DNA from: Leucoraja erinacea | Taxonomy: Eukaryota | Reading direction: 5' to 3' | DNA: 64,000 bases | NCBI RefSeq assembly: GCF_028641065.1 | Contig: NC_073410.1 | Span: 2,294,001-2,358,000, forward strand | In this document: in pieces, positions 11,896 through 22,802 of the stretch | Numbering within the stretch: position 1 is the first letter of the stretch | How the letters are laid out: the number at the start of each line of letters is the position of its first letter | The notes under the pieces: generated by a model | What the model was told of the DNA's origin: nothing | Databases searched by the model: none | Seen by the model: the letters and a program-made list of their open reading frames with translations, nothing else | Translations under genes and position numbers: made by a program

Positions 11896-13802
11896 CTGGT
11901 CCTGTGTGCTTCAGTTTGAAATTCTCATCAGCAAATTTTTCCCCGTAGATGGACTTTCCACCAGTGCCATTATTTTCCGTGAAGTCACCGCCCTGTGTGT
12001 TTCAAGGTTGAAGGTGCCGTTAGTTAATATGGAACGGCAGAATCAAGAACATCGGTATAACGTTAACCACCGACCGCTCCTCACCTGGCACATGAAGTCA
12101 TTAATGATCCGGTGAAAAGTTGAGTCCTTGTAACCAAAACCCTTCTCCCCGGTACACAAGGCACGGAAGTTCTCTGCAACAAAACCACTCAGGGTTAGAC
12201 CACATGTTTAAACGATGGAGACTTTGTTCAACTCAACGTGACAAGCCTGGGACTCACCTGCAGTCTTTGGGACAACATCAGCCCTGAGCTGGAAGAGACA
12301 AGAGGCACAGCGTCAGAACACCAACACATGCACAATAATTACTCTGCCACATTGCCGCTGTAATTAGTGCAGCACACTAATTAGTGCAGCTCACAAGGTC
12401 ATTAAGTGATAGGAGCAGAATTAGGCCATTCGGCCCATCAAGTCTACTCCGCCATTCAATCATGGCTGATCCACATTCTCATGCCTTCTCCCCATAACCT
12501 GACCCCCGTACTAATCAAAGGTGATAGAGCTGCTGCCTCACGGAGCCAGAGACCAGAGTTCGATCTTATTCTCGGGTGCTGTCTATGTGGAGTTTGCACG
12601 CATGGGTTTTCTCCGGTTCCTCCCATATCCCAAAGACATGCAGGTTTGTAGTTTAATTGGCCCCTGTAAATTGCCCCGAGTGTATAGGGAGTGGATGAGA
12701 AAATGGGACAACATAGAAAGTTTAACTTGCTAGGCTTTGTCCTGCCCCCACCTCTTCTCTCTTCCCCCCTCCACTATCACAGTCTGAAGAAGAGCCCCAG
12801 ACTCTATCCATGTTCTGCAGAGTTGTCGCCCGACCCGCTGAGTTACTCCAGCATTTTGTGGTCTACCTGAAGCAAATGGTCGATGATCAAGGAGTCATCA
12901 TCCACCCAATGGCAAACACTTGTGGGTGGGTGACTATGTTTCATCCTGAGAGGCTGCGTAACTGAGGACTCTCCGGTTTACAGCCTGTACCCAAGGATAC
13001 GCTCAGGGACAGACATCAAGCTCTGCTGGAAGACCATCAACTCTGTGAAGGAATCTCCTTGGTCTGCATGAAGCTTGCTGGTCTCCCAGCAGAGTGAGAT
13101 GTCCGTCAGGGAATGTTCAGACGGCAGGAATAAATGCTGAGGGAAGCACTGAAACTTGGTGCAGCCAACGCCAAGGCTCTGTCCTTCTGCTGTTGGACAT
13201 TGAGGGGCAGAGTCCGGTGGGGGCACAAGGGAAGGGATATCACCAAAGAGGCCACGAGAAAGGCAACAGTATCATTGTCACAAAAACGGCAACATTGATT
13301 CCAAAGACCAACACTCAAAACGTATGAACATGTAGAGACAAGGAACTGCAGATGCTGCTTAATACATCCAAGGACACAAAGTGCTGGAGTAACTCAGCTG
13401 GACAGGCAGCATCTCTGGAGAGAAGGAATAGGTGATGTTTGGTGTCGAGACCCTTCTTCAGACGATCCTTTACCTGGCCACATGGTGGAGCCGTTGTTCT
13501 TCCATTGGCCAGCCGTGCCTTCAATGGCCCAGGCTGCAAGTTGTCAAAATAAGTTTTTTTCCCCCAATGAAGATAAGGCACAAAATGCTGCAGTAACTCA
13601 GAGGGACAGGCAGCATCTCTGGAGAGAAGGGATGGGTGGCATGTTGAGACCAGTCTTCAGACCCAAATTCTTCCATTGTATAGTTGAGCTATTTTTCTTT
13701 AAATGCTCCCCATTCTTTTCCTGTGCTGTTTTTTTTTTTAAAGCTGTTGGCGAGTTTTTTTGGGGGAACGATCTACACCCCTTGCGCTGAGCGCTGCAAC
13801 AT
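11896..13802 (-). pseudogene. PPIF-like duplicate, unit B: exons 2-4 only, exon 1 remnant, exons 5-6 absent
   Basis: Exons 12258-12288, 12085-12173 and 11896-11992 are open with GT-AG sites. The exon 1 remnant MLQRSAQGV* is at 13773-13802. Homology to units C/D stops at ~11375 in intron 4, next to a LINE tail, and no exon 5 or 6 is visible between 10143 and 11375. Confidence 0.8.
12870..13240 (+). mobile_element. Degenerate L1/Tx1-like ORF2 C-terminal fragment (second copy ~18775-19145)
   Basis: Plus-strand translation ...TDIKLCWKTINSVKESPWSA*SLLVSQQSEMSVREC resembles Tx1/L1 C-termini. Recognised from memory, not by search. Confidence 0.5.
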
Positions 13803-13933
13803 TTTAGCCAGTTGCCAACAATCTGCGACTGGAGAAGGTGGATGCCAATTGCAACGAGTTGTGACTGAGATCCCAGATCACATCATCAATCACACATCAC
13901 TCGCCCTGCCATTCGCTGCAACCGAGACATGTC

Positions 13934-14638
13934 TAGTCAAGACAAGTCACTTTTATTTCTATAGCACATTTAAAAAACAACTCTCGTTGACCAAAGTGCT
14001 TTATATTGATGGAGATACGAACGTTATACAACATTGGTTCATAGATTAAGTACATACATCACTACATACATATAGCCCTCCCTCAGAGGATGTCAAGAAA
14101 GGCTTGAGAGTAAAGATGAGTTTTAAGTCTCGACATAAAGGAGTCGATGGAGGGGGCAGTTTGTTCTGATGGGAAGAAGGATGCTGCTGTTCCACAGTCT
14201 AGGAGCTGCAACTGCAAAGGCACAGTCGCCCCTGAGCTTATGCCTAGACCGCGGGATATTCAGCAACCCCAAGTCGGCCGATCTAAAGGACCTGGAGGTG
14301 GTGTGGTGGGTGAGCAGACTTTTGATGTAGGTGGGGGCAAGCCCATTGAGGGCTTTGTAGACATAAAGGAGGATCTTGAAATGTATACGGAACCGCACAG
14401 GGAGCCAGTGGAGAGAGGCCAGGATCGGGGTGATGTGGTCCCTTTTTCGGGTGCCCATCTGGAGCCTCGCTGCGGCGTTTTGGACCAGTTGCAGGCGGGA
14501 CAGGGAAGATTGGCCGATGCCAGTGTAGAGGGAGTTGCAGTAATCTAGGCGGGAGGAGATAAATGTGTGGATGATCTTTTCGAGGTCGTCAAACTGGAGG
14601 AATCGTTTTATTTTAGCTATCGTCCGAAGCTGGAAGAA
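13934..14638 (-). mobile_element. L2-clade LINE 3' fragment
   Basis: FISSRLDYCNSL...LQLVQNAAARL...DHITPILASLHWLPVRFRIHFKILL...AFAVAAPRLWNS with an L2-type 3' tail. The empty site is visible at ~26717. Confidence 0.9.
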
Positions 14639-15675
14639 ATGACGGCGGAAATCAAAGCAAAACAAAACCCCTTGCATGTGAAAGGACTTCATCTAGTTGG
14701 TTCCTTTGAACAAGGCCACGTTTTGGATACATCAGACTGTGCAATGAGCAACACAAGAGAAGTACCAAGGGTGCAAGTCTGCTGACACTTAAAATATATA
14801 TTTTAATAAATGCTAGAAAATCAGTGGCTCTGGCTCGATCAGCTGATCTTTTTTTTTAATACAAACATTATCAGCATCTGCAGTTCTTTTTTTTTAAAAA
14901 GAAACATATTTTAAACAAATTCAATTTCAATTCATGTCGTTGAATGACTGGAAAAGACCAGGTATAAAACAATTTAAAGCATAACTTACTGCAATCCTTG
15001 TGGGCTGTAGTATTGAAAAACAAGGAACTGCAGAGTTGCTGTTATACAGAAAAAGACACAGTGCTGGAGTGCAGGGGGGGTCTATTTCCCCATTATATCG
15101 TACAGGTTTTCTCATATCATATAGTATTAATTGAAAACATAAGATTACTCCCATATTAATGAAGTATTTTAAGATCAGAATATTCTCAGAATATCATATA
15201 CATGAGTGTCAGGAGCAGAATTAGGCCATTCGGCCCATCGAGTCTTCTCTGTTATTCAATCATGGCTGATCTATCTTCTCCTCCTAACCCCATTCTCCTG
15301 CCTTCTCCCCATAACTGCCTGACACCAGTAATAAGTAAAGCTAGTGCATTGGTAAATCCTGCTGAGCAGGTAACAGAATGCCAGTGATTCAGGGAATTAG
15401 GTGAGTATTTAATGCTAGATGAGTAATATCTAAATACTTTTTGATAAAAGATGACTGAAAGCCATCTGTGTGAGCTGCTAACTCAAGGCAACATTTAACA
15501 TCTGAATTCTTTCATTACAATTATTTTATGACCACACTTCACTAGAAAGTCTTAAATAGAACATGAATGGCACTATGTAAGTTGGAGTATTTGTGTTCCA
15601 AGTTTGCACCCTATTGTGCAGTTGGTAGATGTGTTGTCCCACAGAAACCTGGTTCATCCTCACTTTACCTGTTGT

Positions 15676-16195
15676 CTCCTAACTTGAGGAAGGACATTCT
15701 TGCTATTGAGGGAGTGCAGCGTAGGTTTCCAGGTTAATTCCCAGGATGGCGGAACTGTCACATGATGAATGGATGGAGCGGCTGGGCTTGTATTCGCTGA
15801 AATTTAGAAGGATAAGAGCGGGTCTTATAGAAACATGTAAAATTATTAAGGGATTGGACCCGCGAGATGCTGGAAACATGTTCCGGATGTTGGGGGAGTC
15901 CAGAATCAGGGGCCACAGTTTAAGAATAAGGGGTAGGCTATTTAGAGATGAGGCTTTTTCACCCAGGGAGTTGTGAATCTGTGGAATTCTCTACCTCAGC
16001 AGTGGAGACCAATTCACTGGATGCATTCAATAGAGGGTTGGATAGAGCTCTTAGTGCAAGTGGAATCGAGGCATATGGGAAGAAGGCAGGAACGGGGTAT
16101 TGTTTGTGGATGATCAGCCATGATCACATTGAATGGTGATTCTGGCTCAGAGGGACGAATGGCCTACTCCTGCACCTATTGTCTATGTATCTATG
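15676..16195 (+). mobile_element. CR1-type LINE 3' fragment (duplicate at ~21585-22105)
   Basis: ERLGLYSLKFRRIRAGLIETCKIIKGLD... plus 3' tail. Absent from the homologous site near 28135. Confidence 0.85.
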
Positions 16196-16884
16196 TAGAG
16201 TTTGCATGTACTCGCTGTGATCCTGTGAGTTTCCCCTTGGTGCACCAGTTACATCTCAAGGGCGTAAGGGTTGGTGGGTTAACTGGCCTCTAGACAACTG
16301 CAATGAATGTGCTGGTGAGCGTTGGAATCTGGAGGGAGTTGATGAGAATGAGGGGAGAATAAAAAATGGGATAAACGTTTAATGCATGTAGTTTGTTGAT
16401 GGTCGGTAGGCTGTTTGTGCTATATCTGTCTATAATTCAATAAGAAATGGCTGTTCTTGGTGATAAGGTTCACCAGGCAAGGTGGAGACGTTGGAGTAAC
16501 TTCCAGCTCTCTCAGGTTTAGTTAGTTTAGAGATACAGCGTGAAAACAGGCCCATCGACCCACCGAGTCTGCGCTGACCAGTGATCTCGGCACACCAACA
16601 CGATCCTACGCACACTAGAGGCAAATTGCAATTATACATGGCCAATTAACCAACAAACCATTACATATTTGGAGTGTGGGGGGAAACCGGAGATAGCCCA
16701 TGAGCGTACAAACTCCATACAGACAGTGCCCGTAGTCCGGATCGACCCAGAGTCTCTGACGCTGTAAGGCAGCAACTCTACCGCTGCGCCACCCACTAGT
16801 GATGTAAAATTAGGATCATCCAAATAATGCGAGTCACAAATGATCATACTTTATTTGAACTGCATGCTTCCAAACGCAAATACA

Positions 16885-19708
16885 TTAGGGCAACTGTCCA
16901 CAATCAGTGATGACAACAGGGACAGATTTCTTCGATTTGGTGCCACCTTTTTCTGACGGCTTGCTAGTTTCTTCCATCTTCCTGACAACATCCATGCCCT
17001 CTACCACCGAACCAAACACAACATGCTTGCCATCTAACCTATAACACAAAGCAGGTGATATTATTTACCTCCAATATTATCAATAAATAACTGCAAAATA
17101 GATTTTTTTTTTTTTTAATTGGCAGCTTACCATTCAGTTTTCACGGTGCAGAGAAAGAACTGGGAACCATTTGTGTCTTTTCCAGAGTTGGCCATGGACA
17201 GGATACCTGCAATGTGAAGATGGCAAATGTGCTCAGATTGTCTTTGTAAGCAAGATATTAAAATGTAGATAGAAGCAGGCAAGAGCAGAGTGGAATCTCA
17301 AGGGGAGAGGTGAGGAAGTGGTACAGAGGTCAGTAAAACAGTGCAGTTCATGTCACGTGTACTGAGGTACAGTGAAAAGCTTTTGACGCAAGCTAACCAG
17401 TCAGCAGAAAGACAATACACGATTCCAATTCAGCCACTTACAGAGTATAGATACATGATGAGGGAATAATGTTTAGTGCAAGGCAAAGTTATCAAGGATA
17501 GTCCGAGGGTCACCAAGAAGGTAGATAGTAATTCAGCACCGCTCTCTGGTTGTGAAAACCAGCAAAAACTGAACAATGGCACAAATGTATAAATGAAAAC
17601 CAAAACCATAACAGCCAATGCCCCTTTCCCCCCAAATGACACAAGTGGCTGCAGATGTCAGAAACTTAAAACAAGACACAGAGCGCAGGATGAACTCATT
17701 GGGTCAGAGAGCATTTACGGAGGGAATGGAAAGGCAACATCACTTCCTCTTCTGGGCAAACTTTGCAAGAGGCCAATGCAGTTCGAACAGAATCTACTTT
17801 ACCTGGTCCTTCGTGCTTCAGTTTGAAATTCTCATCAGCAAATTTTTCCCCGTAGATGGACTTTCCACCAGTGCCATCATTTGCCGTGAAGTCACCGCCC
17901 TGTGTGTTTCAAGGTTGAAGGTGCCGTTAGTTAATATGGAACGGCAGAATCAAGAACATCGGTATAACGTTAACCACCGACCGCTCCTCACCTGGCACAT
18001 GAAGTCATTAATGATCCGGTGAAAAGTTGAGCCCTTGTAACCAAAACCCTTCTCCCCAGTACACAAGGCACGGAAGTTCTCTGCAACAAAACCACTCAGG
18101 GTTAGACCACATGTTTAAACGATAGAGACTTTGTTCAACTCAACGTGACAAGCCTGGGACTCACCTGCAGTCTTTGGGACAACATCAGCCCTGAGCTGGA
18201 AGAGACAAGAGGCACAGCGTCAGAACACCAACACATGCACAATAATTACTCTGCCACATTACCGCTGTAATTAGTGCAGCACAGTGGCTCACAAGGTCAT
18301 TAAGTGATAGGAGCAGAATTAGGCCATTCGGCCCATCAAGTCTACTCCGCCATTCAATCATGGCTGATCCACATTCTCATGCCTTCTCCCCATAACCTGA
18401 CCCCCGTACTAATCAAAGGTGATAGAGCTGCTGCCTCACGGAGCCAGAGACCAGAGTTCGATCTTATTCTCGGGTGCTGTCTATGTGGAGTTTGCACGCA
18501 TGGGTTTTCTCCGGTTCCTCCCATATCCCAAAGACATGCAGGTTTGTAGTTTAATTGGCCCCTGTAAATTGCCCCGAGTGTATAGGGAGTGGATGAGAAA
18601 GTGGGATAACATAGAAAGTTTCACTTGCCAGGCTTTGTCCTGCCCCCACCTCTTCTCTCTTCCCTCCTCCACTATCACAGTCTGAAGAAGAGCCCCGATC
18701 CAAAACTCTATCCATGTTCTGCAGAGGTGTCGCCCGACCCGCTGAGTTACTCCAGCACTTTGTGGTCTACCTGAAGCAAATGGTCGATGATCAAGGAGTC
18801 ATCATCCACCCAATGGCAAACACTGTTGGGTGGGTGACTATGTTTCATCCTGAGAGGCTGCGTAACTGAGGACTCTCCGGTTTACAGCCTGTACCCAAGG
18901 ATACGCTCAGGGACAGACATCAAGCTCTGCTGGAAGACCATCAACTGTGTGAAGGAATCTCCTTGGTCTGCATGAAGCTTGCTGGTCTCCCAGCAGAGTG
19001 AGATGTCCGTCAGGGAATGTTCAGACGGCAGGAATAAATGCTGAGGGAAGCACTGAAACTTGGTGCAGCCAACGCCAAGGCTCTGTCCTTCTGCTGTTGG
19101 ACATTGAGGGGCAGAGTCCGGTGGGGGCACAAGGGAAGGGATATCACCAAAGAGGCCACGAGAAAGGCAACAGTATCATTGTCACAAAAACGGCAACATT
19201 GATTCCAAAGACCAACACTCAAAACGTATGAACATGTAGAGACAAGGAACTGCAGATGCTGCTTAATACATCCAAGGACACAAAGTGCTGGAGTAACTCA
19301 GCTGGACAGGCAGCATCTCTGGAGAGAAGGAATAGGTGATGTTTGGTGTCGAGACCCTTCTTCAGACGATCCTTTACCTGGCCACATGGTGGAGCCGTTG
19401 TTCTTCCATTGGCCAGCCGTGCCTTCAATGGCCCAGGCTGCAAGTTGTCAAAATAAGTTTTTTTCCCCCAATGAAGATAAGGCACAAAATGCTGCAGTAA
19501 CTCAGAGGGACAGGCAGCATCTCTGGAGAGAAGGGATAGGTGGCATGTTGAGACCAGTCTTCAGACCCAAATTCTTCCATTGTATAGTTGAGCTATTTTT
19601 CTTTAAATGCTCCCCATTCTTTTCCTGTGCTGTTTTTTTTTTTTAAAGCTGTTGGCGAGTTTTTTTTGGGGGAACGATCTACACCCCTTGCGCTGAGCGC
19701 TGCAACAT
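16885..19708 (-). pseudogene. PPIF-like duplicate, unit C: exons 2-6 intact, exon 1 mostly deleted (pseudogene or alternative exon cassette)
   Basis: Open exons with intact splice sites at 18165-18195, 17992-18080, 17803-17899, 17131-17206, 16885-17038, and AATAAA at 16850-16855. The exon 1 remnant at 19679-19708 reads only MLQRSAQGV*; the remaining exon 1 sequence and its donor are missing. Confidence 0.78.
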
Positions 19709-19839
19709 TTTAGCCAGTTGCCAACAATCTGCGACTGGAGAAGGTGGATGCCAATTGCAACGAGTTGTGACTGAGATCCCAGATCACATCATCAATCACA
19801 CATCATTCGCCCCGCCATTCGCTGCAACCGAGACATGTC

Positions 19840-20549
19840 TAGTCAAGACAAGTCACTTTTATTTCTATAGCACATTTAAAAAACAACTCTCGTTGACCAA
19901 AGTGCTTTATATCGATGGAGATACGAACGTTATACAACATTGGTTCATAGATTAAGTACATACATCACTACATACATATAGCCCTCCCTCAGAGGACGTC
20001 AAGAAAGGCTTGAGAGTAAAGATGAATTTTAAGTCTCGACTTAAAGTAGTCGATGGAGGGGGCAGTTTGTTCTGATGGGAAGAAGGATGCTGCTGTTCCA
20101 CAGTCTAGGAGCTGCAACCGCAAAGGCGCGGTCGCCCCTGAGCTTATGCCTAGACCGCGGGATATTCAGCAACCCCAAGTCGACCGATCTGAAGGACCTG
20201 GAGGTGGTGTGGTGGGTGAGCAGACTTTTGATGTAGGTGGGGGCAAGCCCATTGAGGGCTTTGTAGACATAAAGGAGGATCTTGAAATGTATACGGAACC
20301 GCACAGGGAGCCAGTGGAGAGAGGCCAGGATCGGGGTGATGTGGTCCCTTTTTCGGGTGCCCGTCAGGAGTCTCGCTGCCCTGCGGCGTTTTGGACCAGT
20401 TGCGGGCGGGACAGGGAAGATTGGCCGATGCCAGTGTAGAAGGGAGTTGCAGTAATCTAGGCGGGAGGAGATAAATGTGTGGATGATCTTTTCGAGGTCA
20501 TCAAACTGGAGGAATCGTTTTATTTTAGCTATCGTCCGAAGCTGGAAGA
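19840..20549 (-). mobile_element. L2-clade LINE 3' fragment (duplicated with the tandem unit; frameshifted)
   Basis: Near-identical to 13934-14638. Confidence 0.88.
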
Positions 20550-22802
20550 AATGACGGTGGAAATCAAAGCAAAACAAAACCCCTTGCATGTGAAAGGACT
20601 TCATCTAGTTGGTTCCTTTGAACAAGGCCACGTTTTGGATACATCTGTGCAATGAACAACACAAGAGAAGTACCAAGGGTGCAAGTCTGCTGACACTTAA
20701 AATATATATTTTAATAAATGCTAGAAAATCAGTGGCTCTGGCTCGATCAGCTGATTATTTTTTAATACAAACATTATCAGCATCTGCAGTTCTTTTTTTT
20801 TTAAAAAGAAACATATTTTAAACAAATTCAATTTCAATTCATGTCTTTGAATGACTGGAATAGACCAGGTATAAAACAATTTAAAGCATCTTACTGCAAT
20901 CCTCGTGGGCTGTAGTATTGAAAAACAAGGAACTGCAGAGTTGCTGTTATACAGAAAAAGACACAGTGCTGGAGTGCAGGGGGGGGGGGTCTATTTCCCC
21001 ATTATATTGTACAGGTTTTGTCATATCATATAGTATTAATTGAAAACATAAGATTACTCCCATATTAATGAAGTATTTTAAGATCAGAATATTCTCAGAA
21101 TATCATATACATGAGTGTCAGGAGCAGAATTAGGCCATTCGGCCCATCGAGTCTTCTCTGTTATTCAATCATGGCTGATCTATCTTCTCCTCCTAACCCC
21201 ATTCTCCTGCCTTCTCCCCATAACTGCCTGACACCAGTAATAATGAAAGCTAGTGCATTGGTAAGTCCTGCTGAGCAGGTAACAGAATGCCAGTGATTCA
21301 GGGAATTAGGTGAGTATTTAATGCTAGATGAGTAATATCTAAATACTTTTTGATAAAAGATGACTGAAAGCCATCTGTGTGAACTGCTAACTCAAGGCAA
21401 CATTTAACATCTGAATTCTTTCATTACAATTATTTTATGACCACACTTCACTAGAAAGTCTTAAATAGAACATGAATGGCACTATGTAAGTTAGAGTATT
21501 TGTGTTCCAAGTTTGCACCCTATTGTGCAGTTGGTAGATGTGTTGTCCCACAGAAACCTGGTTCATCCTCACCTTACCTGTCGTCTCCTAACTTGAGGAA
21601 GGACATTCTTGCTATTGAGGGAGTGCAGCGTAGGTTTCCAGGTTAATTCCCAGGATGGCGGAACTATCACATGATGAATGGATGGAGCGGCTGGGCTTGT
21701 ATTCGCTGAAATTTAGAAGGATAAGAGCGGGTCTTATAGAAACATGTAAAATTATTAAGGGATTGGACCCGCTAGATGCTGGAAACATGTTCCTGATGTT
21801 GGGGGAGTCCAGAATCAGGGGCCACAGTTTAAGAATAAGGGGCAGGCTATTTAGAGATGAGGCTTTTTCACCCAGGGAGTTGTGAATCTGTGGAATTCTC
21901 TACCTCAGCAGTGGAGACCAATTCACTGGATGCATTCAATAGAGTTGGATAGAGCTCTTAGTGCAAGTGGAATCGAGGCATATGGGAAGAAGGCAGGAAC
22001 GGGGTATTGTTTGTGGATGATCAGCCATGATCACATTGAATGGTGATTCTGGCTCAGAGGGACGAATGGCCTACTCCTGCACCTATTGTCTATGTATCTA
22101 TGTAGAGTTTGCATGTACTCGCTGTGATCCTGTGAGTTTCCCCTTGGTGCACCAGTTACATCTCAAGGGCGTAAGGGTTGGTGGGTTAACTAGCCTCTAG
22201 ACAACTGCAATGAATGTGCTGGTGAGCGTTGGAATCTGGAGGGAGTTGACGACAATGAGGGGAGAATAAAAAATGGGATAAATGTTTAATGCATGTAGTT
22301 TGTTGATGGTCAGTAGGTTGCAGTGCCTGTTTGTGCTATATCTGTCTATAATTCGAGAAGAAATGGCTGTTCTTGGTGAATAAAGGTTCACCAGGCAAGG
22401 TGGAGACATTGGAGTAACTTCCAGCTCTCTCAGGTTTAGTTAGTTTAGAGATACAGCGTGAAAACAGGCCCATCGACCCACCGAGTCTGCGCTGACCAGT
22501 GATCTCGGCACACCAACACGATCCTACGCACACTAGGGGCAAATTGCAATTATACATGGCCAATTAACCAACAAACCATTACATATTTGGAGTGTGGGGG
22601 GAAACCGGAGATAGCCCATGAGCGTACAAACTCCATACAGACAGCGCCCGTAGTCCGGATCGACCCAGAATCTCTGGCGCTGTAAGGCAGCAACTCTACC
22701 GCTGCGCCACCCACTAGTGATGTAAAATTATGATCATCCAAATAATGCGAGTCACAAATGAGCATACTTTATTTGAACTGCATGCTTCCAAACGCAAATA
22801 CA

